NCBI GenBank assembly: GCA_032718475.1
Contig: JAUCBJ010000293.1
Coordinates: forward strand, 15,429-79,428
Origin: Nemertoderma westbladi
Lineage: Eukaryota; Animalia; Xenacoelomorpha
DNA length: 64,000 nucleotides
Direction of reading: 5' to 3'
Within the stretch, counting starts at the first letter, position 1; each line of letters begins with the position of its first letter. The notes under the pieces were generated by a model that saw only the letters and a program-made list of their open reading frames with translations, ran no database searches and was not told where the DNA came from. The translations under genes and the position numbers were made by a program. Below, in pieces: positions 48,080 to 60,630 of the stretch.

Positions 48080-50295
48080 TCTAATATATATAAATATCGA
48101 TTGTCTGTCTGTCTGTCTGTTTGTCATCAGCTATACAATCGAACCCATCTCGATGAAATCTCGCTTGCTATAGCTCGTTAGAAAGGTCTCGCCCTAACTC
48201 GTTGCAACGTAATACTCAGAGCCGTCTGAAGTTCGCCCGTCTGCCGCTAGAGGGCGATTTTCTTGATTTTCGGGCGAAATTTATCGAATTATTTATGTTC
48301 TTCTATCGGTAATTAATGATTTAGAAGGCTAACATTTATCCCACCTGGTATAAAATTAACATGGGTAGATTCGCCGTGTCCCATTCTCACAAAGTTTTTA
48401 TTTTATTCGAGTGTTTAATATAAATATGTATGATTATTTATTGATTAAAAATCAAATAGTGTATAAATATGTCATATTCGCCAAGCACGATCGAATTGGC
48501 CTATTGCTATTGAATAGGGAAGGATTGTTTTCTGTATCATAGCAACGTTAGGTAATTATTGAACTCGCAGCTAGCTGGCTGGGCACAGATAAGGAGCAAG
48601 CAGGCTGGAGTGTTGATTGGGGTGGGTTTGGGTTGTCTATTGCGAATTGCTCAAGAGTAATTAATTCTGCTTTCTCAATCATTGGCTGCATGGAAGGAGA
48701 GGTTTATAACAATTTTGTTTTACTGTTATGAATACCGGTATTAAAAGTAAAATAATTATTATTTCTGTAGGCCTATACTTACTGTATTATTATTTTATCT
48801 AATATTATACATCTAATCTCGATGAAATCTCGCTTACTATAGCTCGTTAGATAGGTCTCGCCCTAACTCGTTGCAACGTAATACTCAGAGCCGTCTGAAG
48901 TTCCCCCGTCTGCCGCTAGAGGGCGAATTGTCCGATATTGAAAACCTGATCTCATTGGGTTGTTTTTAATGCTTTTGAGTTGAAACTCTGTAGCTATATA
49001 CTGCAGCATAGGCTGTATATTTCCGGAGTCACTGGGTTGTCTACAGTTCCCCAGTCTACCGTTAGAGGGCTAAATGTCTGAGAGTTAACATCTTCTCCAA
49101 CTTTATTATTTACAATCCGTTTTGACTGAAACTTGGTAGGCATCTACTACAGCATAGGCTGAATCTTTACTGACTCGCAGAGTCGTCTACAATTTCCCAG
49201 TCTACCGCTAGAGGGCGAAATGTCTGCAAGTTAACATCTTCTCCAACTTTGTTATTTATAATCCATTTAGACTGAACTTGGTAGGCATCTACTACAGCAT
49301 AGGCTATATCTTTACTGAGTCGCGCAGAGTTGTCTACAGTACCCGCGTCTGCCGCTAGAGGGCGAAATGTATGAGAGGTAACATCTTCTCCAACTTTGTT
49401 ATTTACAAACCTTTTAGACTGAAATTTGGTAGGCATCTACTATAGCATAGGCTATATCTTTGCGGAGTAGTAGAGTCGTCTACAGTTCCACAGTCAGCCG
49501 CAAGAGGGCGAATTGTCTGATAGTGAAAACCTCATCCCATTTGGTTCTTTTTAATCTTTTTGAGCTGAAACTTGGCAGGTATCTACTACATCCTAGGCTC
49601 TATCTTTACGGAGTTGCAGAGTCGTATACACTTCCCCAGTCTACCGCTAGAGGGTGAAATGTCTGAAAGTTAACATCTTCTCCAACTTTGTTATTTACCA
49701 ATGGTTTAGACTGAAACTTGGTAGGCATCTACTACAGCATAGGCTCTACCTTTACGGAGTCGCAGAGTTGTATACAGTTCCCCTATCTGCCGCTAGAGGG
49801 CGAATTGTCTGATAGTGAACACCTCATCCCAATTGGTTCTCTTTAATCCCTTTGAGCTGAAACTTGGCAGGAATCTACTACAGCATATTCTGTATCTTTA
49901 CGGAGTCCCAGAGTCGTCAACAGTTCTTCAGTCTACCGCTAGAAGTCTGAATGTGAACATCTACACCAATTTTGTTATTTACAATCTGTTTAAGCTGAAA
50001 CTTGAAAGGCAGGCATTTTACTTCACCATAAACCCCATCTTTACCAAACTGCAGCGCCGTCTGCATTTCACCAGTCCGCAGGTAGAGGGTGGATCTGAAA
50101 GTGATCATTTTCTGGAAATTTTGTTATTTACAATCTGACTAAAGTTGAAACTTGACAGTTATCTCTTATGGGGGTGGTGTTTTATTTAATGATGGTGTCT
50201 GTTCCGTATGCAGTTCTCCAATCTCCCACACATATTCATATATCATCTGCACGTGCACTAGAAAGCTGTGGCCCGAAGGGCCACAGGCTTTCTAG
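48080..50295 (+). mobile_element. Helitron unit A4
   Basis: Seamless junction; ~9 repeats. Confidence 0.88.
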
Positions 50296-52441
50296 TCTAT
50301 ATATATAAATATCATGTGTCTGTCTGTCTGTCTGTTTGTTTGTTTGTCTGTCCAAGCTATACGTTTCTACACACAAGCACCAATCGGAGCTCTCGATACA
50401 TCGAACGAAAGCTCTCGTCACGAGCACGTGCACTGTCGCAATCTCGAGTATTATTTTACGGGTTTGTTTGCGTGAATGCGAATTTCGTGAATTTGGTACC
50501 GGTAGCGCGGTAGGCCTAGCAGTTCATTCTGTCACTCGACACGTTGGGTATCGACTATTATGCTACTTTTTGATACCAGACTTAATCTGTTCTAAATGAT
50601 ACTTTGCAGATCTGTTCCCGACCATAGACTGTGTGTTTGGGAGGACACTGATCAATCTGCAGTTATTCAGTCTGCCGCTAGGGGGCGAAATATCCGAAAC
50701 TGAAAACATCTCCCATTTCGTTATTATTAAAGCCTTTTAGCTGATACATGGCAGAGGTCTTCTACACCATAGGCTGTGTGTTTGGGGAGGATGCTGACCA
50801 ATCTGCAATTCCCCAGTCTGCCGCTAGGGGGAGAAATATCTGAAAGTGAAAACCTTATCCCATTTCTTTGTTTATAATGCTTTTTTGCTGATACTTGGCA
50901 GAGGTCTACTACACAATACAGCGTGTTTGGGGAGGAGCTAGAATCAGTCTGCATTTCTCCAGTCTACCGCTAGGGGGCCAAATGTCTGAAAGTGAAAACC
51001 TTATCCCATTTCGTTATTAATAATGCTTTTAGGCTGACACTTGGCAGATGTGTATTACACCATATGGTGTGTGTCCGTGGAGGACGCCCAACTACCTGCA
51101 GTTCTCCATTCGGCCGCTAGGGGGCGAAATATCTGAAAGTGAAATCCTTATCCAATTTCGTTGTTTATAATGCTTTTAGGCTGATACTTGGCAGAGGTCT
51201 ACTACACCATAGGCTGCGTGTTTGTGGAGAACTCTGACCAATCTGCAATTCCTCTGTCTGCCACTAGGGGGCCAAATGTCTGAAAGTGAAAACCTTATAC
51301 CATTTCGTTATTAATAATGCTTTTAGGCTGACACTTGGCAGATGTGTAGTACACCATAGGCTGTGTGTCTGAAGAGGACGCCGAACAACCTGCAGTTCTC
51401 TATTCGGCCGCTAGGGGGCGAAATGTCTGAACGTGAAAACCTTATCCCATTTTGATGTTTATAATATTTTTAGGCTGATACTTGTCAGAGGTCTACTACA
51501 TCAAAGACTGCGTGTTTGTGGAGAACTAAGACCAATCTGCAATAGCTCTGTCTGCCGCTAGGGGGCGCAATGTCTGAAAGTGAAAACCTTTATGCATTTC
51601 ATTGTTTATAATGCTTTTTTGTTGATACTTGGCAGAGGTCTACTACACCATAGACTGTGTGTTTGGGGAGAAGCTAGAACCAGTCTGCATTTATCCAGTC
51701 TACCGCTTGGAGGCCAAATGTCTGAAAGTGAAAACCTTATCCCAATTCGTTATTAATATGATTTCAGGCTGACACTTGCCAGATGTGTAGTACACCATAG
51801 GGTGTGTGTCTAGGTAAGACGCCGAACAAACTGCAGTTCTCCATTCGGCCGCTAAGGGGCGAAATGTCTGAAAGTGAAAACCTTATCCCGTTTCGTTGTT
51901 TCTAATGCTTTTAGGCTGATACTTGTCAGAGGTCTACTACACCATAGACTGCGTGTTTGTGGAAAACTCTGACCAATCTGCAATATCTCAGTCTGCCGTT
52001 AGAGGGTGAAATGTCCCAAGTGAAATTCTTCTCCCATTTCGTTGTTTCTAATGCTTGTTTGCTTATACTTGGGAAAGGCATGATGACCATAGGCTGTTTG
52101 TATGGGGAGGACGCTAACCAGTCTGCGGATTTCCAGTCTACTGCTAGGGTGCGAAAAATCTGAATCTGAAAAGTAAAAACATTCTCACATTTATTTATTA
52201 AAAATGCTTTTACGCTGATAATTGTCAGAGGTCTACTGTACTACATCATAAGGCTGCATCAATGCGAAGGACGTTGACCAGTGTAGATATCTGAAAAGTA
52301 AAACAGCATCAGTCCTTTTGTTTGAGAGAACACTCTCAATCATATGAAGTTTTGTTAAGTTAATTAATTAATTAATGTTTGGAATGGTGAATAGGCTTGT
52401 GAACTAGAAAGCCGTGGCCCGAAGGGCCACTGGCTTTCTAG
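50296..52441 (+). mobile_element. Helitron unit B1
   Basis: Different 5' module and repeat variant; same terminal hairpin; ~11 repeats; followed by the spacer TTTA. Confidence 0.88.
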
Positions 52442-52445
52442 TTTA

Positions 52446-54437
52446 TCTATATATATAAATATCATGTGTCTGTCTGTCTGTCTGTCTGTTTGTTTGTTTG
52501 TCTGTCCAAGCTATAAGTTTCTACACACAAGCACCAATCGGATCTCGCGATACATCGAACGAAAGCTCTCGTCACGAGCACGTGCACTGTCGCTATCTCG
52601 AGTCTTATTTTACGCGTTTGTTTGCGTGAATGCGAATTTCGTGAATTTGGTACCGGTAGCACAGTAGGCCTAGCAGTTCATTCTGTAGGAAACTCTATAA
52701 CAGCGGTTGCACCATCAGACTAAATCTGTTCTAAATGATACTTTGCAGATACGTTCCTGACCATAGACTGTGTGTTTGGGAAGACACTGATCAATCTGCA
52801 GTTCTCCAGTCTGCCGCTAGGGGGCGAAATGTCAGAAACTGAAAACCTTCTCCCATTTCGTTATTATTAATGCCTTTTAGGTGATACGTGGCAGAGGTCT
52901 ACTACACCATAGGCTGTGTGTTTTCGGAGGATGCTGACCAATCTGCAATTCCCCAGTCTGCCGCTAGGGGGAGCAATATCTGAAAGTGAAAACCTTATCC
53001 CATTTCGTTGTTTATAATGCTTTTTTGCTGATACTTTGCAGAAGTCGACTACACCATAGACTGCGTGTTTGTAGAGAACTCTGAATAATCTGAAATTCCT
53101 CTGTCTGCCGGTAGGGGGCGCAATGTCTGAAAGTGAAAACCTTCACCCATTTCGTTGTTTATACTGCTTTTTTGCTGATACTTGGCAGAGGTCTACTACA
53201 CCAAGACTGCGTGTTTGGGGAGGAGCTAGAACCAGTCTGCATTTCTCCAGTCTACCGCTAGGGGGCCAAATGTCTGAAAGTGAAAACCTTATCCCATTTC
53301 GTTATTAATAATGCTTTTAGGCTGACACTTGGCAGATTTGTATTACACCATAGGGTGTGTGTCTAGGTAAGACGCCGAACAAACTGCAGTTCTCCATTTG
53401 GCCGCTAGGGGGCAAAATGTCTGAACGTGAAAACCTTATCCCATTATGATGTTTATAATGTTTTTAGGCTGATACTTGTCAGAGGTCTACTACATCAAAG
53501 ACTGCGTGTTTGTGGAGAACTAAGACCAATTTGCAATAGCTCTGTCTGCCGCTAGGGGGCGCAATGTCTGAAAGTGAAAACCTTTATGCATTTCATTGTT
53601 TATAATGCTTTTTTACTGATACTCGACAGAGGTCTACTACACCATAGACTGTGTGTTTGGGGAGGAGTTAGAACCAGTCTGCATTTATCCAGTCGACCGC
53701 TAGGGGGCCAAATGTCTGAAAGTGAAAACCTTATCCCATTTCGTTATTAATATGCTTTCAGGCTGACACTTGCCAGATGTGTAATACACCATAGGGTGTG
53801 TGTCTAGGTAAGACGCCGAACAAACTGCAGCTCTCCATTCGGCCGCTAGGGGCCGAAATTTCTGAAAGTGAAAACCTTATCCCGTTTCGTTGTTTCTAAT
53901 GCTTTTAGGCTGATAATTGTCAGAGGTCTACTACACCATAGACTGCGTGTTTGTGGAAAACTCTGACCAATCTGCAATTTCTCAGTCTGCCGCTAGAGGG
54001 TGAAATGTCTCAAGTGAAATCCTTCTCCCATTTCGTTGTTTCTAATGCTTTTTTGCTTATACTTGGGAAAGGTATGCTTGACCATAGGCTGTTTGTATGG
54101 GGAGGACGCTAACCTAGTCTCCGGATTTCCAGTCTACTGCTAGGGTGCGAAATATCTGAATCTGAAAAGTAAAAACATTCTCACATTTATTTATTAAAAA
54201 TGCTTTTACGCTTATAATTGTCAGAGGTCTACTGTACTACATCATAAGGCTGCATCTATGTGAAGGACGTTGACCAGTGTAGATATCTGAAAAAGTAAAA
54301 CAGCATCAGTCTTTTGTTTGAGAGAACAATCTCAATCATATGAAGTTTTGTTAAGTTAATTAATTAATTAATGTTTGGAATGGTGAATAGGCTTGTGAAC
54401 TAGAAAGCCGTGGCCCGAAGGGCCACTGGCTTTCTAG
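52446..54437 (+). mobile_element. Helitron unit B2
   Basis: A|TC start after TTTA; ~10 repeats. Confidence 0.88.
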
Positions 54438-54458
54438 TCTATATATATAAATATCATG

Positions 54459-54502
<44 letters not shown>

Positions 54503-56298
54503 CAACCTATACGTTTCTACACACAAGCACCAATCGGAGCTCGCGATACATCGAACGAAAGCTCTCGTCACGAGCACGTGCACTGTTGCTATCTCGAGTC
54601 TTATTTTACGCGTTTGTTTGCGTGAATGCGAATTTCGTGAATTCGGTACCGGTAGCGCGGTAGGCCTAGCAGTTCATTCTGTCACTCGACACGTTGGGTA
54701 TCTACTATTATGCTACTTTTTGATACCAGACTTAATCTGTTCTAAATGATACTTTGCAGATCTGTTCCCGACCATAGACTGTGTGTTTGGGAGGACACTG
54801 ATCAATCTGCAGTTCTCCAGTCTGCGGCTAGGGGGCGAAATATCCGAAACTGAAAAGATCTCCCATTTCGTTATTATTAAAGCCTTTTAGCTGATACATG
54901 GCAGAGGTCTTCTACACCATAGGCTGTGTGTTTGGGGAGGATGCTGACCAATCTGCAATTCCCCAGTCTGCCGCTAGGGGGAGAAATATCTAAAAGTGAA
55001 AACCTTATCCCATTTCTTTGTTTATAATGCTTTTTTGCTGATACTTGGCAGATGTCTACTACACCATACAGCGTGTTTGGGGAGGAGCTAGAACCAGTCT
55101 GCAATTCTCCAGTCTACCGCTAGGGGGCCAAATGTCTGAAAGTGAAAACCTTATCCCACTTCGTTATTAATAATGCTTTTAGGCTGACACTTGGCAGATG
55201 TGTATTACACCATAGGGTGTGTGTCTGGAGAGGACGCCGAACAACCTGCAGTTCTCTATTCGGCCGCTAGGGGGCGAAATGTCTGAACGTGAAAACCTTA
55301 TCCCATTTTGATGTTTATAATGTTTTTAGGCTGATACTTGTCAGAGGTCTACTACATCAAAGACTGCGTGTTTGTGGAGAACTAAGACCAATCTGCAATA
55401 GCTCTGTCTGCCGCTAGGGGGCGCAATGTCTGAAAGTGAAAACCTTTATGCATTTCATTGTTTATAATGCTTTTTTGCTGATACTTGGCAGAGGTCTACT
55501 ACACCATAGACTGTGTGTTTAGGGAGGAGCTAGAACCAGTCTGCATTTATCCAGTCTACCGCTTGGGGGCCAAATGTCTGAAAGTGAAAACCTTATCCCA
55601 TTTCGTTATTAATATAATTTCAGGCTGACACTTGCCAGATGTGTAGTACACCAGAGGGTGTGTGTCTAGGTAAGACGCCTAACAAACTGCAGTTCTCCAT
55701 TCGGCCGCTAGGGGGCGAAGTGTCTGAAAGTGAAAACCTTATCCCGTTTCGTTGTTTCTAATGCTTTTAGGCTGATACTTGTCAGAGGTCTACTACACCA
55801 TAGACTGCGTGTTTGTGGAAAACTCTGACCAATCTGCAATTTCTCAGTCTGCCGCTAGAGGGTGAAATGTCTCAAGTGAAATCCTTCTCCCATTTCGTTG
55901 TTTCTAATGCTTTTTTGCTTATACTTGGGAAAGGCATGCTTGACCATAGGCTGTTTGTATGGGGAGGACGCTAACCAGTCTGAGGATTTCCAGTCTACTG
56001 CTAGGGTACGAAAAATCTGAATCTGAAAAGTACAAACATTCTCACATTTATTTATTAAAAATGCTTTTACGCTGATAATTGTCAGACTTGTACTGTACTA
56101 CATCATAAGGCTGCATCTATGTGAAGGACGTTGAACATTGTAGATATCTGAAAAGTAAAACAGCATCAGTCCTTTTGTTTGAGAGAACACTCTCAATCAT
56201 ATGAAGTTTTGTTAAGTTAATTAATTAATTAATGTTTGGAATGGTGAATAGGCTTGTGAACTAGAAAGCCGTGGCCCGAAGGGCCACTGGCTTTCTAG
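54438..56298 (+). mobile_element. Helitron unit B3
   Basis: Seamless junction; ~9 repeats. Confidence 0.88.
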
Positions 56299-56319
56299 TC
56301 TATATATATAAATATCATG

Positions 56320-56351
<32 letters not shown>

Positions 56352-58164
56352 CAAGCTATACGTTTCTACACACAAGCACCAATCTGTGCTCGCGATACAT
56401 CGAACGAAAGCTCTCGTCACGAGCACGTGCACTGTCGCTATCTCGAGTCTTATTTTACGCGTTTGTTTGCGTGAATGCAGATTTCGTGAATTTGCTACCG
56501 GTAGCGCAGTAGGCCTAGCAGTTCATTCTGTCACTCTACATGTTGGGTCTCGACTATTATGCTACTTTTTGATACCAGACTTAATCTGTTCTAAATGATA
56601 CTTTGCAGATCTGTTCCCGACCATAGACTGTGTGTTTGGGAGGACACTGATCAATCTGCAGTTCTCCAGTCTGCCGCTAGGGGGCGAAATATCCGAAACT
56701 GAAAACATCTCCCATTTCGTTATTATTAAAGCCTTTTAGCTGATACATGGCAGAAGTCTTCTACACCATAGGCTGTGTGTTTGGGGAGGATGCTGACCAA
56801 TCTGCAATTCCCCAGTCTGCCGCTAGGGGGAGAAATATCTGAAAGTGAAAACCTTATCCCATTTCTTTGTTTATAATGCTTTTTTGCTGATACTTGGCAG
56901 AGGTCTACTACACCATACAGCGTGTTTGGGGAGGAGCTAGAATCAGTCTGCATTTCTCCAGTCTTCCGCTAGGGGGCCAAATGTCTGAAAGTGAAAACCT
57001 TATCCCATTTCGTTATTAATAATGCTTTTAGGCTGACACTTGGCAGATGTGTATTACACCATATGGTGTGTGTCTGTGGAGGACGCCCAACTACCTGCAG
57101 TTCTCCATTCGGCCGCTAGGGGGCGAAATATCTGAAAGTGAAAACCTTATACCATTTCGTTGTTTATAATACTTTTAGGCTGATACTTGGCAGAGGTCTA
57201 CAACACCATAGGCTGCGTGTTTGTGGAGAACTCAGACCAATCTGCAATTCTTCTGTCTGCCACTAGGGGGCGCAATATATGAAAGTGAAAACCTTCATCC
57301 CATTTCGTTATTAATAATGCTTTTATGCTGATACTTTGCAGAGGTCTACTACACCATAGACTGCGTTTTTGTGGACAACTCTGACCAATCTGCAATTCCT
57401 CAGTCTGCCGCTAGAGGGTGAAATGTCTGAAATGAAAACCTTCTCCCATTTCGTTGTTTCTAATGCTTTTTTTTTATACTTGGGAAAGGTATACTACACC
57501 ATAGGCTGTGTATTTGGGGCGGATGCTAACCAGTCTGCAGTTCTCCAGTATACTGCTAGAGGGTGCGAAATGTCTGAATCTGAAAAGTGAAAACATTCTC
57601 ACATTTATTTATTAAAAATGCTTTTAGGCTGATACTTGGCAGAGGTCTACTGTACTACATCATAAGCTGCGTCTTTGGGAAGGACGTTGACCAGTCTGCA
57701 GTTCTCCAGTCCGCCACTAGGGGACGAATTGTCTGAAAGTGAAATCCTTCATCTTTATTTTCAATTAATTTCAACGTTTATTCAATTATCACAGAGTTTA
57801 TTCTTGGCAGCGATCTAAAAGTTCTGTACACTACCTACTAAACTAAATAAACTATAGGTTGTGTTTACGAGGATGATAACCACCTGCAGTTCTACAGTTT
57901 AACCTTCTTGCATACTTTTACTATTTGTAATCCTTTGGAAATGATACTTGGCAGGTATTTATCTACTTTATTCAACCTAAGCCTTATGTTGTACGTAGTA
58001 TGTAGATATTTGAAAAGTAAAACAGCTTCAGTCCTTTTGTTTGAGAGAACACTCAATCATGTGACGTTTTGTTAAGTTAAGTTAATTAATTAATCTAATG
58101 TTTGGAATGGTGAATAGGCTTGTGAACTAGAAAGCCGTGGCCCGAAGGGCCACGGGCTTTCTAG
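56299..58164 (+). mobile_element. Helitron unit B4
   Basis: Seamless junction; ~8 repeats; longer 3' unique segment than B1-B3; ends CTAG|T. Confidence 0.88.
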
Positions 58165-58231
58165 TATTATAAGAAATATATATAATAACTACTGTATCTT
58201 AATAATTTATTGTAAAGCCAAGTGGAAGTTT

Positions 58232-58489
58232 GAGATAGGGGGGAAAACTGGACGCAAAACCTGCCTTGAATAATTAATATCCCGTCCCAATGTTCAATTC
58301 TCAATTTAGGGAAAGGAGCAGGTTACAGTGGAATGTTATTTTAACCAAAACAATAAACTAAACACAATAGAACAGGATACAGTTTTATTTTTTGTCGTAA
58401 ACAGCTGTTATATTTGCATCCAATTTCCCCTGGAGAGGGATTAATTTTTATTGCGTCCAGTCCCCCCCCCCCCCCCCCCCCCCTATCTG
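58232..58489. mobile_element. Small MITE with 8-bp (possibly 9-bp) TSD
   Basis: TIRs AGATAGGGGG..ACTGGACGCAA / TTGCGTCCAGT..CCCCCTATCT; TSD GGAAGTTT (58224-58231, 58490-58497). Confidence 0.8.
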
Positions 58490-58667
58490 GGAAGTTTAGT
58501 TCCAAAATACTATTCACTCTATATATCGGGTTCTACTGCGAAGGTCCGAATAGTAGACTATCGGAAAAGACCACGTTATAGTGCACCTTTAACCAAAACA
58601 ATAATCAAGAGTCAATAGCACAGGTTACAGGTACATATTTGAAAAAACGAAGCGGCACCCCTGCGGT

Positions 58668-58990
58668 TTCGACCCTTCGTCCCAATTCGGACCTTCGTAC
58701 ATCCCATTTCGACCCTCCGTCCCAATTCGGATCTTCATTTATCCAAATTTAAATAGCCCGCGACTGCCGCGAGTTAGTAAAGGAGTGGGCTTGTAAAGGA
58801 GCAGGTTTCAGAGGCGTATTGGGGAATAATAATAATAATTGGGGAAGAATACTCGCGGGCTAAGAATATTCGTGCGCTAAGAATATTTGCGGGCTAATAA
58901 TTCCTGCGACCTTCTACCATCATCCCATATTCGGACCATTGTAGATCCTATTTTCGACCTTCATCCCATTCCAACATCGATCTGACCTTC
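58668..58990. repeat. Degenerate short tandem repeats, probably a TE remnant
   Basis: Repeated (t)cgacc(c)ttc..tcccaattcgga motifs and three aagaatattcgcgggct-like copies. Confidence 0.45.
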
Positions 58991-60559
58991 TACATAAATC
59001 CGCCTTAATAGACCACTATAAGGATGCATTACGGCCGCCAAGAGCAGACAGGCCAAATCTGTTGCCAGTGCAATTATTAACACGTGATGCCTTGACATTT
59101 GCCAGCAAGTCAACTGGCGAAATAGATAATAGCTGATGAATAGGTTATCAGAATCACAGGCCTACTACAGCGTTATAGCTGGACATTGTGTTCCTATTCT
59201 ATCTCCATTTGTGGAATTAATTTTTAAAGTAAAACTTGTAAATTTTAATCTTGTAATTTTTGTTCTTGGAATTTTTCATTACCAATACTTTTGAGCTTGA
59301 CCATGCCTACCTGGAGTATTAGTCTAACATTTTATTCAGAGATGGTATAAATTTGTGAGAGATCAAACAGTATAGATTATTGTATTTTGACTGTTACTGT
59401 AGAATGTATTTTCTTGTTTTGCGAACTTATTACTGATTTGCCAGAAATTTATATTCGCGGGTTTATTTACAAGACGTGTGTTTTCGATCGTAGTTGATTC
59501 CCTTACTCATACACCCCAGTTACATTACATTATAAGCAATCTTAATCAATGAACTTTATACTGCATATGTTAGAACTGATTACTACTGTATATAGTAATA
59601 GTAATAATATAGGAAGGAATAGTGTTTACATCCATTAAGGAACGGTTTTGCTTTGATCGTGACAAGAATACAATAGTAATTCCTAACAGATACTGTATAT
59701 ATCGCTATTCATGAAAGCAGTAGGCCTACTGATCGCTTAACCATACATATATACTGTACTATTAAATTGGTGGCAAAGAAAGACATTCAACTTTCAATTT
59801 TGCATGCTATATTCAAGTTGGGGTTCTTAACGTTATATTATATATAATATATAAATATATAAATAAATAGCAAATATATTTATATATTATTCGTGAAGTG
59901 AAGAGCATATTAACTTACCACAAGTTTAGAGGTGGTAAATCAGAAATTATGAATAGAAACAGGTTACAGTTGGTGAAATCACAACATAATAATATATTGA
60001 TGTAGTAAAAATGTTAATATACATCAATAGATGTAGGCCTACTATTGATGTAGTATTAGTATACTCAAGGTGTACTAAATAACAGGTGATGCGATGCAGC
60101 GAGCGGATTGCTGAAATTAGCGAAGGCCCATCTTTTCCCATATGGAACTATATTTTCATAATATTTCCTTAGGAACTTCTTATGTGCTACTTTTGTTAGG
60201 TAAGTAGATATGATGACTTACTGTACAGTAGTTTCATAGAAATGTAATAAAATGTATTTTCGGAATTTTTATCTTGTTGTTGTCACGTTAACCGGGTGCA
60301 AAGTTCAAAATTTACGCGCTTGCATTTCAAGACGACGATGGTTTCTATTCTTGAGATTAGGTAGGTGAGTGAAGGGATTAAAAGTCTATTAAAATATTTT
60401 ACATTTAAATTTTTTTACATTCTAAGAATGTAAAAAGGTAGTAAGAATAATGAAAAATTGTTTACCAATTCTATAAAATATCATTTTTATTCGGTTTGTC
60501 TGTTTAAATAAATAATAAGTTAAAATTGCCAACGTTTTATTTTATAAGGTTTTCGTATA

Positions 60560-60630
60560 AAGAATGGGGGAATTGAACTCGATACCTAGAGATTCTAAGT
60601 CCCACGCTCTGCCAACTGAGCCAATACTGC
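60560..60630 (-). pseudogene. tRNA pseudogene or tRNA-derived SINE head
   Basis: Minus strand TGGCTCAGTTGGCAGAGCGTGGGACTTAGAATCTCTAGGTATCGAGTTCAATTCCC has A box, anticodon-like loop and B box, but poor acceptor and T stems. Confidence 0.6.

Larger units (their letters stand above)
40870..57730 (+). promoter_or_regulatory. Array of ~80 co-oriented CTCF-like motifs, one per 146-147-bp minisatellite unit
   Basis: Core CCGCTAG(A/G)GGGCG preceded by CT(G/A)CAGTTC(C/T), e.g. CTGCAGTTCTCCAGTCTGCCGCTAGGGGGCG; cores at 50675, 50821, 50967, 51114, 51261, 51408, 51555. Motif match only, no binding data. Confidence 0.6.
40701..58164 (+). repeat. Head-to-tail array of eight non-autonomous Helitrons (4 type A, then 4 type B)
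   Basis: Array begins A|TC and ends CTAG|T with no TSD; each unit starts TCTA(A)TATATATAAATATC..(TGTC)n and ends CTAGAAAGCYGTGGCCCGAAGGGCCACNGGCTTTCTAG. Confidence 0.92.

Noticed and set aside
40701-58164. CRISPR-like array, or recurrent small ORFs
   Set aside because: Whole 147-bp units are homologous with no unique spacers, there are no cas genes, and the context is eukaryotic. ORFs break inconsistently between units, and no RepHel is encoded.
60560-60630. Functional tRNA gene with a TAG anticodon
   Set aside because: Acceptor and T stems pair poorly and there is no long variable arm as expected for Leu.
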